A program made the position numbers and the translations under genes. The notes beneath the pieces are model-generated. The model had not been told where the DNA came from and searched no databases. It saw only the letters and a list, made by a program, of their open reading frames with translations. A stretch of 64,000 bases of DNA from an uncultured Balneolaceae bacterium (GTDB lineage Bacteria; Bacteroidota; Rhodothermia; Balneolales; Balneolaceae): positions 30,273 to 94,272 of the forward strand of contig CAYWDK010000001.1 of the NCBI GenBank assembly GCA_964457025.1, written 5' to 3'. Of the stretch, positions 1-9,612 are shown in pieces. Each line of letters begins with the position of its first letter. Within the stretch, counting starts at the first letter, position 1.

Positions 1-193
1 GCGCCGGCTGTTGCGGCTGAGGAGCGGCTTGGGGAGATGCCGGCATCTGGTACTGCACGGGAGCGGCAGAGCCTTGAACCACGTCGGCCGTTTTCTTTAC
101 CTTGATTTTAAAGTCGCCTTCCTCGATAGTCACTTGGTTTACTTCGCTTTCGGCGATCATATCGAGAATCTTTTTAATTTCTTTTAAATCCAT
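1..193 (-). CDS. accB: Biotin carboxyl carrier protein of acetyl-CoA carboxylase, N-terminal part (gene runs off the window start)
   Basis: Minus-strand ORF with ATG at 191-193, open to position 1 and absent from the supplied track. My translation is MDLKEIKKILDMIAESEVNQVTIEEGDFKIKVKK...PASPQAAPQPQQPA. This matches the BCCP N-terminal region plus its Pro/Ala/Gln linker. It lies 8 nt downstream of efp, and efp-accB is a common arrangement. Confidence 0.8.
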   Translation of the reverse strand, partial: MDLKEIKKILDMIAESEVNQVTIEEGDFKIKVKKTADVVQGSAAPVQYQMPASPQAAPQPQQPA

Positions 194-201
194 GATAGAG
201 G

Positions 202-777
202 TTAGTTTGATTTTACTCGTTCAATATACTCCGATGTACGGGTGTCAACTTTAATCTCTTCGCCTTCGTTGATGAAGAGGGGTACTTGCACCACAGCGCC
301 CGACTCCAGCGTGGCCGGTTTACTGCCACCCTGCGCAGTGTCGCCACGAACGCCCGGATCGGTCTTGGCCACCTTGGCCGTAATGTGATCGGGCGGCTCG
401 GCATAGAGAATGCGGTCATTATCCACATCTATGACCAGCGTACAAATCTGTCCGTCTGAGATAAACTCCGGCTTTTCAATACTCGACTTGTTCACAGGCA
501 CCTGTTCATAAGTTTCCTGGTGCATGAAAAAGAAGAGGTCGCCTTCGGAATAGAGAAACTGGTAGGGGTGACGTTCCACACGGACTTCCATGAGGTTTTC
601 GCCCGAACGAAAAGTCTTTTCAATAGTCTTTTCATTCACTACACCCTTAAGCTTGGTGCGTATAAAGGCACCGCCTTTGCCGGGTTTAACGTGTTGGTAA
701 TCAACAATCGAGTAGAGTTCGTCATCTACATCGAGAACCATACCTGTACGAAAATCGGAAGTCGAAATCTTTCCCAT
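202..777 (-). CDS. efp: Translation elongation factor P
   Basis: 191-aa ORF. MGKISTSDFRTGMVLDVDDELYSIVDYQHVKPGKGGAFIRTKLK is the canonical EF-P N-terminal domain with the KPGKG loop. Confidence 0.97.
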   Translation of the reverse strand: MGKISTSDFRTGMVLDVDDELYSIVDYQHVKPGKGGAFIRTKLKGVVNEKTIEKTFRSGENLMEVRVERHPYQFLYSEGDLFFFMHQETYEQVPVNKSSIEKPEFISDGQICTLVIDVDNDRILYAEPPDHITAKVAKTDPGVRGDTAQGGSKPATLESGAVVQVPLFINEGEEIKVDTRTSEYIERVKSN

Positions 778-841
778 AAATTTTTAAATCCTTCAAATTT
801 AGTTGGTCAAAAATAGCATGAGTGCTTAAGGATAACAAGCG

Positions 842-2200
842 CTAAATCAGGCCCAGACCAGACAGTAAATTATAAAGGATGGCAAGCGGAGCGATCACCT
901 TAATGAAAAACGGCCAAACCTTGGCAAATACGCTCTGCATCACGGAAGGATAGCCCGATTCCATTTCTGCGAGCGCATTGTTCGTTTTCCAGTAATAGCC
1001 CAGGAAAATGCAAATCAAGAATCCGCCGAGTGGCAAACCTACCTCATTAAATATGGTCACAAAGAGTCCGATAAGGGAAGTATCGAAACAGATTATGAGA
1101 GAGATGATGAGGATGCCGCCACCGATCAGTTTGGCAGCCTGCTTTCGCTCGAAGCCGTGCTCGTCAATGGCGTAAGAGACCGGCACCTCAAGCAATGAAA
1201 TGGTGGAGGTAAGCGCAGCAATACTCAACAGCATAAAGAAAGCCACCCCGAAGATGAGGCCGAGAAGCCCTCCAAGTTCATGAAAAAGCTCCGGCAACAC
1301 CTGGAATATCAGAGCCGTACTTGCCAGCAGGTTGCCGTCGGCATCAAATATTGCCACACCCTGCGCCTGTGCCATATACATGGTCGGAATAATGAGGAGT
1401 CCGGCAAGGAACGCTATAAAGGTATCGGTGAGAGTTACATAGGCGGCCGCTTCCGGTATATTTTCTTTTTTGCTGAGATAGGAACCGTAGGTTATCAGTG
1501 CTCCCATACCCAGGGAAAGGGAGAAGAAGGCCTGACCCATTGCGGAGAAAATAAGGCTGGCATTCACCTTTGAGAAGTCGGGGAACAGATATACCTCAAG
1601 GCCGACTCCTGCACCTGGCTGCATTACCACATAGCCGATCATGATGACCAGGATGCCAAGCAGCAGGGGCATCATAAATTTGGTTGCCCGTTCAATACCA
1701 TCGCTGACACCGCCCAGAATGATAGAAACCGTCGCAATCATGAAGAGAACGGCAAAAACGGCATTAATAGGGCCGTTACTGGTGTCGGATATCCATACAG
1801 CCCAGTCGTTCATTCCCAGGTAAAAGAAGATTTCTTCAAACACATAGCTCACGGTCCAGCCGGCTATAACGGTGTAGAATGCAAGAATCATCACTCCGCA
1901 AAGGATGCCCCACATACCGATCATCGAATACATAAGCTTGTTGTCGCCGAGCGCCTTAAATGCACCGACAGGATTCTTCCCGGTCTTTCGTCCCATCGTT
2001 ATCTCGGCAACCATCACGGGAAAACCGATGGCGAACGCACATAAAAGATATATAAAGAGAAATGCGGCGCCTCCATTGGAAGCTACCTGGGTAGGGAAGC
2101 CCCAGATGTTACCGAGGCCGACAGCCGACCCTGCAGCTGCCAATATAAACCCCAGTTTTGAGTTCCAACTTCCGCGTGTAGTAGTATCCGGTCCAGCCAA
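842..2200 (-). CDS. Sodium-dependent transporter, neurotransmitter:sodium symporter (SNF/NSS) family
   Basis: 452-aa polytopic ORF. WNSKLGFILAAAGSAVGLGNIWGFP is the NSS TM1 signature. The start is TTG at 2198-2200, with AGGAG 6 nt upstream on the minus strand. Confidence 0.9.
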   Translation of the reverse strand: MAGPDTTTRGSWNSKLGFILAAAGSAVGLGNIWGFPTQVASNGGAAFLFIYLLCAFAIGFPVMVAEITMGRKTGKNPVGAFKALGDNKLMYSMIGMWGILCGVMILAFYTVIAGWTVSYVFEEIFFYLGMNDWAVWISDTSNGPINAVFAVLFMIATVSIILGGVSDGIERATKFMMPLLLGILVIMIGYVVMQPGAGVGLEVYLFPDFSKVNASLIFSAMGQAFFSLSLGMGALITYGSYLSKKENIPEAAAYVTLTDTFIAFLAGLLIIPTMYMAQAQGVAIFDADGNLLASTALIFQVLPELFHELGGLLGLIFGVAFFMLLSIAALTSTISLLEVPVSYAIDEHGFERKQAAKLIGGGILIISLIICFDTSLIGLFVTIFNEVGLPLGGFLICIFLGYYWKTNNALAEMESGYPSVMQSVFAKVWPFFIKVIAPLAILYNLLSGLGLI

Positions 2201-2332
2201 AGAGAGCTCCTTTCAGTCTAACTAAATAATGCTGTTTTTGTGTTTTGCACTAAAATGTAAGGTGTACGGATCACTTACAAATAGTAAATTCGGAAAAATA
2301 TGTTAAGGATAAGAGAATAATCCAACACGATT

Positions 2333-4360
2333 TTAGGATATCATGCTACCAGGCTCAGCATCGGTAGAGACAAAGCGCAAGCCGCCATCCTCTTCTTCCG
2401 CCATCAGGATCATCCCGTTGCTTTCCACTCCCATCAGAGCTTTGGGTGCAAGATTGGCCACCACACACACTTTTTGGCCCACCAGCTCCTCAGGCTTATA
2501 GAATTCGGCAATGCCTGAAACAATGGTACGTTCTTCGATACCGATATCAACAGTAAGCTTCAGAAGCTTGTCGGCCTTTTCTATGGCTTCCGCGGCAGTG
2601 ACCTCTCCGGCACGGATGTCGATCTTGGTGAAATCGCCGAACTGGATCTCATCCTTCAGGGGTTCGAAATCATGATCGGTAGTGGCCGCTTTTGACTTTT
2701 CTTTTAGCTTGTTCAGTTGTTCTTCCACAATTTCATCCTCAATTTTTTCAAAAAGTATTTCTCCTTTATTTATGACTGCACCGGCCTCAAGCATGGAACC
2801 GGAAACTTCGCCCCAGCTGAATTTTTCATTCAACCCTAATTGACTTCTCAGTTCTTCCATTTTATTCGGAAGAACCGGATCAAATAGGGAAGAGAGAGCC
2901 GCTGAAATCTGCAGGCAGACGTGCAGGGTATTCCCGCATTTTTCCATATCGCTTTTTCGGCTTTGCCACGGCTCCATGTCGGTAAAGTACTTGTTGCCGA
3001 CCCTGGCAAGATTCATTGTCTCGGCAATGGCTTCCCGCAGCCGAAACTTTTCGTAATTCTCTTCGATCTTTTTTTTCTGGACCTCGATTTGAGCAAGAGC
3101 CTCCTTGTCTTCTTCGGAAGGGTTCACCAACTCGGGTATCTTGCCGTCAAAATAGTTGTCGGTAAATGAAGTGGTCCTGAAGATGAAGTTTCCCAGCACG
3201 TCGGCCAGTTCGCTGTTTACCTTACCCTGGAAATCGGTCCATGAGAAGTCGGCGTCTTTTGTTTCGGGGATGATGGTGCCGAGCACATAGCGTAGCAGGT
3301 CGGGCTCAAAGTCTTCGAGATATTCATGCAACCAGACCGCCCATCCACGGGAGGTGGAAAATTTTTTGCCTTCCAGGTTTAAAAACTCGTTGGCAGGGAC
3401 GTTCTCAGGCAGCACATAGTTCCCATGAAGCATCAACAGCATGGGAAAGATGATGCAATGAAATACGATATTGTCTTTTCCTATGAAATGGAGCAGTTCG
3501 GTATCTTCATCCTGCCAGTATTTTTTCCAGAGGTCCGGATCTCCCTGCTGCTCGGCCCACTCCTTGGTTGAAGAGATATAACCGATGGGCGCATCGAACC
3601 AGACGTAGAGTACCTTGTCTTCAAAGCCATCTACGGGGACAGGTACACCCCAGGTCAAATCACGTGTCATGGCCCGGTCGCTTAGGCCATCGTTAAGCCA
3701 GCTCTTGACCTGGCCCATGACGTTGGGTTTCCAGTCGTCATGCTGCTTCAGCCACTCTTCCAGCTGAGGCTGGAACGTACCCATGGGCAGATAGAGATGG
3801 GTTGTCTTTTTCTTTACGGGGATGTTGCCCGTAATAGCACTCTTCGGGTCAATCAATTCGGTAGGAGAAAGGGAGGTCCCGCACTTTTCGCACTGGTCGC
3901 CGTAAGCTTCTTCGTATCCGCAATTCGGACAGGTGCCTTTTACATACCGATCCGGCAAGAACATCCCGGCTTCTTCATCAAAGAGTTGCTCCTCAGTTTT
4001 TTCGACAAAGACCTCTTTATCATAAAGTGTTTTAAAGAACTCCTTGGAAGTCTCATAATGAGTCGACGAGCTGGTCCGGCCGTAATAATCAAACGATATG
4101 CCGAAATCCTCGAAGATCTGCTTGTTGATGCCATGGAATTTGTCTACGATATCCTGTGGCGAAACGCCCTCTTTTTCTGCGGCCATTGTTACGGCAACGC
4201 CGTGTTCGTCCGAACCGCAAATAAATACGATGTCGTCTCCCTTCAATCTGCGGTAACGGACAAAGAGGTCTGGTGGCAGATAAGCACCGGCCAGGTGGCC
4301 GAGGTGTATGGGTCCGTTGGCATAGGGCAGTGCGGCAGTAACGAGAGTACGTTTAGACAT
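2333..4360 (-). CDS. metG: Methionine--tRNA ligase with C-terminal tRNA-binding domain
   Basis: 675 aa. It carries a HIGH-type motif (PIHLGHLAG), zinc knuckles (CPNCG...CEKCG) and a KMSKS-type motif (KFSTSRG). The C-terminal segment (FTKIDIRAGEV...VVANLAPKALMGVESNGMIL) is Trbp111/EMAP-like. Confidence 0.97.
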   Translation of the reverse strand: MSKRTLVTAALPYANGPIHLGHLAGAYLPPDLFVRYRRLKGDDIVFICGSDEHGVAVTMAAEKEGVSPQDIVDKFHGINKQIFEDFGISFDYYGRTSSSTHYETSKEFFKTLYDKEVFVEKTEEQLFDEEAGMFLPDRYVKGTCPNCGYEEAYGDQCEKCGTSLSPTELIDPKSAITGNIPVKKKTTHLYLPMGTFQPQLEEWLKQHDDWKPNVMGQVKSWLNDGLSDRAMTRDLTWGVPVPVDGFEDKVLYVWFDAPIGYISSTKEWAEQQGDPDLWKKYWQDEDTELLHFIGKDNIVFHCIIFPMLLMLHGNYVLPENVPANEFLNLEGKKFSTSRGWAVWLHEYLEDFEPDLLRYVLGTIIPETKDADFSWTDFQGKVNSELADVLGNFIFRTTSFTDNYFDGKIPELVNPSEEDKEALAQIEVQKKKIEENYEKFRLREAIAETMNLARVGNKYFTDMEPWQSRKSDMEKCGNTLHVCLQISAALSSLFDPVLPNKMEELRSQLGLNEKFSWGEVSGSMLEAGAVINKGEILFEKIEDEIVEEQLNKLKEKSKAATTDHDFEPLKDEIQFGDFTKIDIRAGEVTAAEAIEKADKLLKLTVDIGIEERTIVSGIAEFYKPEELVGQKVCVVANLAPKALMGVESNGMILMAEEEDGGLRFVSTDAEPGSMIS

Positions 4361-4451
4361 GTATCGGTTTCTTTGATATTAAAAGCAGACGGCGAAAATA
4401 AAAGGATCAGCCGGAAAATAACAATAATGCATGAGGAAGGGTAAAGCGTAT

Positions 4452-4991
4452 TTAGGTGTCCCAATATTTCTGAAGCAAACCGTAAAGTGAGATACCGGCC
4501 GCTACCGAAACGTTAAGGGAGTGCTTGTGACCGTATTGGGGTATCTCGATAAACTCATCAACCAGGTCCAGCAGGGATTCATCTACGCCTGTCACTTCAT
4601 TCCCGAGCAGCAGGCAAATATCCCGGCTTTCGGGAAGCATAAAGTCAGGCAGAAGCGTACTATCTGTCGTCTGTTCCAAACCCAGCACATAATAACCTGC
4701 TTCTTTCATAGAGTTTAATTCTCCGGATATATCTTCAGTCTGTCTCCATGCCACATGTTTTTCGGCGCCGATCGCCGTCTTGGATATTTCCGGACGGGGA
4801 GGTGCCGGGGTAAATCCAGATATCACTATTTCCCCAATACCGAATGCATCGGCGCTCCTGAATGCCGCACCTACATTGTGCATACTTCTTACATCATGAA
4901 GAACCATCTTGACCCTGGATATTTGGCCCGGTGATTTTCGAGAGAGATTCCGGTCGAGAATCTCTTTGGTCGACATCTTTCGTGCTGACAT
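4452..4991 (-). CDS. SpoU/TrmH-family RNA 2'-O-methyltransferase
   Basis: 179 aa. SPOUT motifs are present: HNVGAAFRSADAFG, LLLGNEVTGV and IPQYGHKHSLNVSVAAGI. Confidence 0.85.
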   Translation of the reverse strand: MSARKMSTKEILDRNLSRKSPGQISRVKMVLHDVRSMHNVGAAFRSADAFGIGEIVISGFTPAPPRPEISKTAIGAEKHVAWRQTEDISGELNSMKEAGYYVLGLEQTTDSTLLPDFMLPESRDICLLLGNEVTGVDESLLDLVDEFIEIPQYGHKHSLNVSVAAGISLYGLLQKYWDT

Positions 4992-5105
4992 AAAAAGCTT
5001 GCTTAACGGTTATGATTGTGCATATGTGGATGCCCAAGATATTAAATTTATAGTTGGTAAAAGAGTGAATTAGATGGTATTTTCTAATGCTCAATTGAAG
5101 CAGTA

Positions 5106-5136
5106 AATGTCAGCCCGGTGCTGACATTCTTTTTTG
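5106..5136 (+). terminator. Intrinsic-terminator-like hairpin in the greA leader, with no + strand gene upstream
   Basis: A perfect 9-bp stem pairs aatgtcagc (5106-5114) with gctgacatt (5120-5128) around the 5-nt loop ccggt. It is followed by c-TTTTTT-g (5129-5136). The element sits 38 nt upstream of the greA GTG start. The opposite strand has no U-tract after the stem. Confidence 0.6.
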
Positions 5137-5173
5137 TAGGAAGTTGTGAATTTCAATTCAAACCGAAACTATC

Positions 5174-5644
5174 GTGGAAAAGAATTACCTCTCACGTGAA
5201 GGTTACGAGAAACTTGATAAAGAACTCAAAGACCTCAAGACCCGGGGACGCAAAGAAATCGCCGAAGAAATTGCAGAAGCCAGGGCCAAAGGGGACCTGA
5301 GCGAAAATGCTGAGTATGACGCTGCAAAGGAAGCCCAGGGTATGCTTGAGAAACGCATTGCCGAGCTCGAAAACGCACTAGCCAATGCACGCATTCTGGA
5401 TGAAGAAGACATTAAAACAGACAAGGCCTATTTGCTCTCTACGGTCACGATATACAACCACAAAGTAGACCGCGAAGTCAAATATACGCTTGTCTCCAAG
5501 GATGAAGCTGATTTCAAGGAGAACAAAATTTCCGTAGAGTCTCCCATAGGCAAAGCCATTCTTGGAAGTGAGGTTGGCGAAGTTGTCGAGGTAGAGGTAC
5601 CCGCCGGGAAACTTAAATTGGAAGTTAAAAAGATAGAACGATAG
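5174..5644 (+). CDS. greA: Transcription elongation factor GreA
   Basis: 156 aa with a GTG start. The N-terminal coiled coil (YLSREGYEKLDKELKDLK...LSENAEYDAAKE) and the C-terminal globular domain (SVESPIGKAILGSEVGEVVEV) are typical of GreA. Confidence 0.93.
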   Translation: MEKNYLSREGYEKLDKELKDLKTRGRKEIAEEIAEARAKGDLSENAEYDAAKEAQGMLEKRIAELENALANARILDEEDIKTDKAYLLSTVTIYNHKVDREVKYTLVSKDEADFKENKISVESPIGKAILGSEVGEVVEVEVPAGKLKLEVKKIER

Positions 5645-5647
5645 ACC

Positions 5648-6976
5648 ATGAATATAGCAGTAGTAGGAACAGGGTATGTGGGGTTGGTCTCGGGTACCTG
5701 TTTTGCCGACTCCGGCAACGACGTAGTGTGCGTAGATATTGACGAGAAGAAGGTTCAGCAGCTTCGCGAGGGCGTAATACCGATTTATGAGCCGGGCCTG
5801 AAGGCCATCTTCGACCGGTCGGTCCGCGAGGGACGCCTGAGCTTTACCACCGATCTGGAAGGGGCCGTCACCGACGCCGAACTGATCTTCCTGTGTCTGC
5901 CTACCCCTCCGGGCGCCGACGGGCAAGCCGACCTGAGCGCGGTCCTTAAAGTAGCCGAGCAACTGGGTGAGATGATTGAGGATTATAAGGTCATTGTCAA
6001 CAAGAGTACCGTGCCGGTAGGAACCGCCGACCGCGTGCGAGCGGCTGTCGCCAAGAACGCCAAAACCGAATTTGACGTGGTTTCCAACCCGGAGTTCCTG
6101 CGTGAGGGCGCGGCCGTCGAAGATTTCATGAAGCCCGAGCGTGTGGTCATAGGCACCTCCAGCGAACGGGCTGCTGAAATCATGACCACCCTTTATGAAC
6201 CCTTCGTGCGCAGCGGCAATCCCATCATCGTGATGGACGAGCGCAGCTCCGAGCTGACCAAATACGCCGCCAACGCCATGCTGGCGACCAAGATCACCTT
6301 CATGAACGAGATCGCCAATATCTGCGAGAAGCTGGGGGCCAATGTCGACAACGTGCGCCGCGGGGTGGGTACCGACTCACGCATCGGCAAGCGATTCCTG
6401 TTTGCCGGCATCGGCTACGGGGGCAGCTGTTTTCCCAAAGACGTGCAGGCCATCCATTATACCGCCGGGCAGGAGGGATACGACTTCCGGATCCTGGACT
6501 CGGTGATGAAAGTCAACAATGCCCAGAAGGTATCTATTGTCAAGAAGATGGAGGAGTATTTCGGCACCTCCGACTTTTCCGGCAAAACCTTCGGGATGTG
6601 GGGACTCTCATTCAAGCCCGAGACCGACGACGTGCGAGAGGCCCCGTCGTTGTATATTGCCGAAGAGCTGGTCAGCCGTGGTGCCAAGCTGCTCGCCTAC
6701 GACCCGGAAGCCATCGAAACCTTCAAAGCCGCAACCTCGCAGCAGGTACTGGATAGCACCAAATTCGTAGCCAACCAGCAGGACGCCTTGGGCGATATTG
6801 ATGCGCTGGTTATCTGCACCGAATGGAACGAGTTTCGTCGCCCGACCATCGATCGCTTCCAGGATCATATGAGGAAAGCCGTCATCTTTGACGGGCGAAA
6901 TCTCTACGACCTGGAACGGGCCCGCAAGGCCGGCATAACTTATATCAGCGTAGGGCGCCCCAGTATAAATGTCTAA
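5648..6976 (+). CDS. ugd: UDP-glucose 6-dehydrogenase
   Basis: 442 aa. It has the Rossmann N-terminus [16 protein letters not shown] and the catalytic-Cys motif [10 protein letters not shown]. It starts 3 nt after the greA stop. Confidence 0.93.
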   Translation: MNIAVVGTGYVGLVSGTCFADSGNDVVCVDIDEKKVQQLREGVIPIYEPGLKAIFDRSVREGRLSFTTDLEGAVTDAELIFLCLPTPPGADGQADLSAVLKVAEQLGEMIEDYKVIVNKSTVPVGTADRVRAAVAKNAKTEFDVVSNPEFLREGAAVEDFMKPERVVIGTSSERAAEIMTTLYEPFVRSGNPIIVMDERSSELTKYAANAMLATKITFMNEIANICEKLGANVDNVRRGVGTDSRIGKRFLFAGIGYGGSCFPKDVQAIHYTAGQEGYDFRILDSVMKVNNAQKVSIVKKMEEYFGTSDFSGKTFGMWGLSFKPETDDVREAPSLYIAEELVSRGAKLLAYDPEAIETFKAATSQQVLDSTKFVANQQDALGDIDALVICTEWNEFRRPTIDRFQDHMRKAVIFDGRNLYDLERARKAGITYISVGRPSINV

Positions 6977-7910
6977 GAAAAGGGTACTCATAACAGGTGG
7001 GGCAGGCTTTCTCGGATCGCATCTCTGTGACCGTTTTCTGGAAGAGGGCTATCGTGTGATTTGTATGGATAACCTCTCTACCGGAGCCTATGAAAATATT
7101 ACCCACTTGGAAGATCATCCCGATTTCAAATTTACAGAATACGACGTCACCAACTTTATTGAAGTAAAAGGGGATCTCGACCTCATTCTCCACTTCGCTT
7201 CTCCCGCATCCCCGGCTGATTACCTGGAAATGCCTATCCAAACACTGAAGGTAGGTTCTCTCGGAACCCATAAGGCCCTGGGAGTGGCCAAGGCAAAGCA
7301 GGCACGGTTCCTGCTGGCTTCAACCAGCGAGGTATATGGAGATCCGCTTGTGAACCCGCAAAAAGAAGATTATTGGGGCAATGTCAACCCCATCGGTTTC
7401 CGCGGGGTGTATGATGAAGCGAAACGTTTTGCTGAAGCTATGACGATGGCATACCACCGTTTCCACGGCGTTGACACCCGTATCGTTCGGATATTCAATA
7501 CCTACGGGCCGCGGATGCGAATCAACGACGGGCGGGCCGTCCCTACCTTTATGGACCAGGCATTGCGAGGAGCAGACATTACGGTTTACGGTGACGGTTC
7601 ACAAACCCGTTCTTTTTGTTATGTCGATGATCTTATAGAGGGCATATGGAGGCTGACACAGTCGGATCATATACTACCAATTAACATTGGGAATCCGGAA
7701 GAGATCTCCATTCTCGATTTTGCCAATGAGATAATTGAACTGACAGGCAGCTCCAGCAAAATCATTTTCGAAGAACTTCCGAAAGACGATCCGCAAGTGC
7801 GCCGGCCCGACATATCCAAAGCCTGGGAAGTACTAAAGTGGAAACCCGCGGTAGACCGGCATACCGGCCTAAGCAAGTCGCTTGAATATTTCAAAGAGAA
7901 AGTCCTTTAA
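6969..7910 (+). CDS. uxs: UDP-glucuronate decarboxylase (UDP-xylose synthase), extended SDR
   Basis: 313 aa. [19 protein letters not shown] and YDEAKR (YxxxK), together with overall similarity to UXS/ArnA-decarboxylase-type enzymes, support the call. Its start overlaps the ugd stop by 8 nt. Confidence 0.88.
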   Translation: MSKKRVLITGGAGFLGSHLCDRFLEEGYRVICMDNLSTGAYENITHLEDHPDFKFTEYDVTNFIEVKGDLDLILHFASPASPADYLEMPIQTLKVGSLGTHKALGVAKAKQARFLLASTSEVYGDPLVNPQKEDYWGNVNPIGFRGVYDEAKRFAEAMTMAYHRFHGVDTRIVRIFNTYGPRMRINDGRAVPTFMDQALRGADITVYGDGSQTRSFCYVDDLIEGIWRLTQSDHILPINIGNPEEISILDFANEIIELTGSSSKIIFEELPKDDPQVRRPDISKAWEVLKWKPAVDRHTGLSKSLEYFKEKVL

Positions 7911-7921
7911 CCCATAGTCCT

Positions 7922-8371
7922 ATGGCCAGGTTGGTAGATGTATATCCGTATCAGCTGAGTGACCGTGGCCACCGTTTCCTTGTGTTGAAGAGGGCAGACA
8001 ATCAGATGTATGCGGGCCAATGGCGCATGGTAGGCGGAAAAGTAGAGGAGGGTGAGAAGATTTGGGAAGCGGGCCTTCGTGAGTTGAAAGAAGAGACCGG
8101 CCTTATTCCCGATTTATACTGGACCGTCCCTTCGGTTAATCATTTCTACAATAAGAACCGGGATACCGTTGAACTCATACCGGCCTTTGCCGCTCAGGTA
8201 GGTGAGGAAATGGCTATTTCCTTAAATAAGGAACACATTGAATACAAGTGGATAGAATTTGAAGAGGTTGTTAACTTCGTCCACTGGCCGGAACAGCTGA
8301 GGCTGATAGAAATCATCGACACCGTTTTACGTAACCATCAACCGTTAGAAAATTGGATTATCTCATTTTGA
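7922..8371 (+). CDS. NUDIX hydrolase
   Basis: 149 aa carrying the Nudix box GGKVEEGEKIWEAGLRELKEETGL. Confidence 0.85.
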   Translation: MARLVDVYPYQLSDRGHRFLVLKRADNQMYAGQWRMVGGKVEEGEKIWEAGLRELKEETGLIPDLYWTVPSVNHFYNKNRDTVELIPAFAAQVGEEMAISLNKEHIEYKWIEFEEVVNFVHWPEQLRLIEIIDTVLRNHQPLENWIISF

Positions 8372-9600
8372 AGAATCCCCTAAGCCGTATCAGACTCGTA
8401 TTGATAGCCTTCTTTTGCCTGACGGTATCTGTCCCTTCTTTTGGCCAGCAGAAGGAAAGGTCGTATGAGTTGCTCCCGGCACCCGATCTCTGGTATAACG
8501 ACGTAGATGGTATCCGCGCAGGTGTCCGGCTGTTGGGCCAGGTACCCGGCACCTTTGAAGACGGGCCGCACAGACTCGATATGGGAGTATGGCTGGGAAC
8601 GTGGTTCCCGGATGTGCCGATATCGTATTATCTCTCTTTTACCGAACCCATAGCCGGTATATCCGACTTCGGAAGCGAGGGAAACATACAACTGGTAACC
8701 TCCTTTAGGACGGGCTTCCATAACCATGGGCTGACTTTCAATAAAAGATGGCAGACCGGTTTTGATGAAAGAAACTATAAAGAGCTTGCCGTCTCGTTAA
8801 GAGCGGAGGGGAGAAGCCGAATGGAATACCTTGCTTATCCCCAGCTTTGGTCGGAAGGTTGGCTCTACCTTGTGCGAGCTGACTTCACTCTTCAAAATGA
8901 AAGCGGGCTCGGCAGGTATCTGATTAATACTTCAAATACGGTAAACCTCTTGGGCAACCACGACTCCTTTATCAGCAGCCAGCTCGAATTTCAGCAACAT
9001 TTCCGGCTGGGTGAAAACTTTGAGGTCCGAGGCCGGTTGTTTGCTGCAGCTGCATCCAATACGACCGACCGGCAGTACCTTTTCGCCCGCAGTTTCAGGC
9101 AAGCACGTCAATGGATGGACAGCGGGCTTATCCGTGCAAAAGGGACTATACCCACTGCCTGGTTTGATGACGGCTTTATACAAGTAGCGGGTGGAGCGAA
9201 CCTCAGGGGGTACCTGGCTCAGGATTTTGAACTGCTCAATAATAATGCAGCTCCGCTCCTTACTTCCGTAGGTTCTTTCAATCTGGAGCTTGATTATCCC
9301 AATCCGATAGACCGTGCCATTAAAAAGATTCCTGTAATAGGCGGTATAATAAATTTGCGGTCCTACCTGTTTTTTGACTCAGGGACCTCATTGGGAATAA
9401 CGGACTTCGAAGAAAGCAGGGTGATTTCTGATGCAGGGCTCGGATTCATGTTTTCGCTTAATATACCTGACTACCTCGGTAAACCCAGGGGTATCATGAT
9501 CAGGTATGACTTGCCGCTTTGGCTGTCAAATCCGGCAATCGATGAAAATAACTTTGAATTCCGGAATATAGTTGGCGTTGGCGCTGTAATTTCTCTTTAA
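8353..9600 (+). CDS. Omp85/BamA-superfamily outer-membrane beta-barrel without POTRA domains (barrel-only type)
   Basis: 415 aa with the signal peptide LVLIAFFCLTVSVPSFGQQ. An L6-loop-type motif GGANLRGY (aa 280-287) lies about 130 aa before the C-terminus. Omp85-like terminal strands are present: FFDSGTSLG...SDAGLGFMFSLNIP...IMIRYDLPLW. There is no ATG in the leader. The start is TTG at 8353, or TTG at 8368 forming a TTGA overlap with the NUDIX stop. Confidence 0.6.
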   Translation: MDYLILKNPLSRIRLVLIAFFCLTVSVPSFGQQKERSYELLPAPDLWYNDVDGIRAGVRLLGQVPGTFEDGPHRLDMGVWLGTWFPDVPISYYLSFTEPIAGISDFGSEGNIQLVTSFRTGFHNHGLTFNKRWQTGFDERNYKELAVSLRAEGRSRMEYLAYPQLWSEGWLYLVRADFTLQNESGLGRYLINTSNTVNLLGNHDSFISSQLEFQQHFRLGENFEVRGRLFAAAASNTTDRQYLFARSFRQARQWMDSGLIRAKGTIPTAWFDDGFIQVAGGANLRGYLAQDFELLNNNAAPLLTSVGSFNLELDYPNPIDRAIKKIPVIGGIINLRSYLFFDSGTSLGITDFEESRVISDAGLGFMFSLNIPDYLGKPRGIMIRYDLPLWLSNPAIDENNFEFRNIVGVGAVISL

Positions 9601-9612
9601 AAACCGAATACC

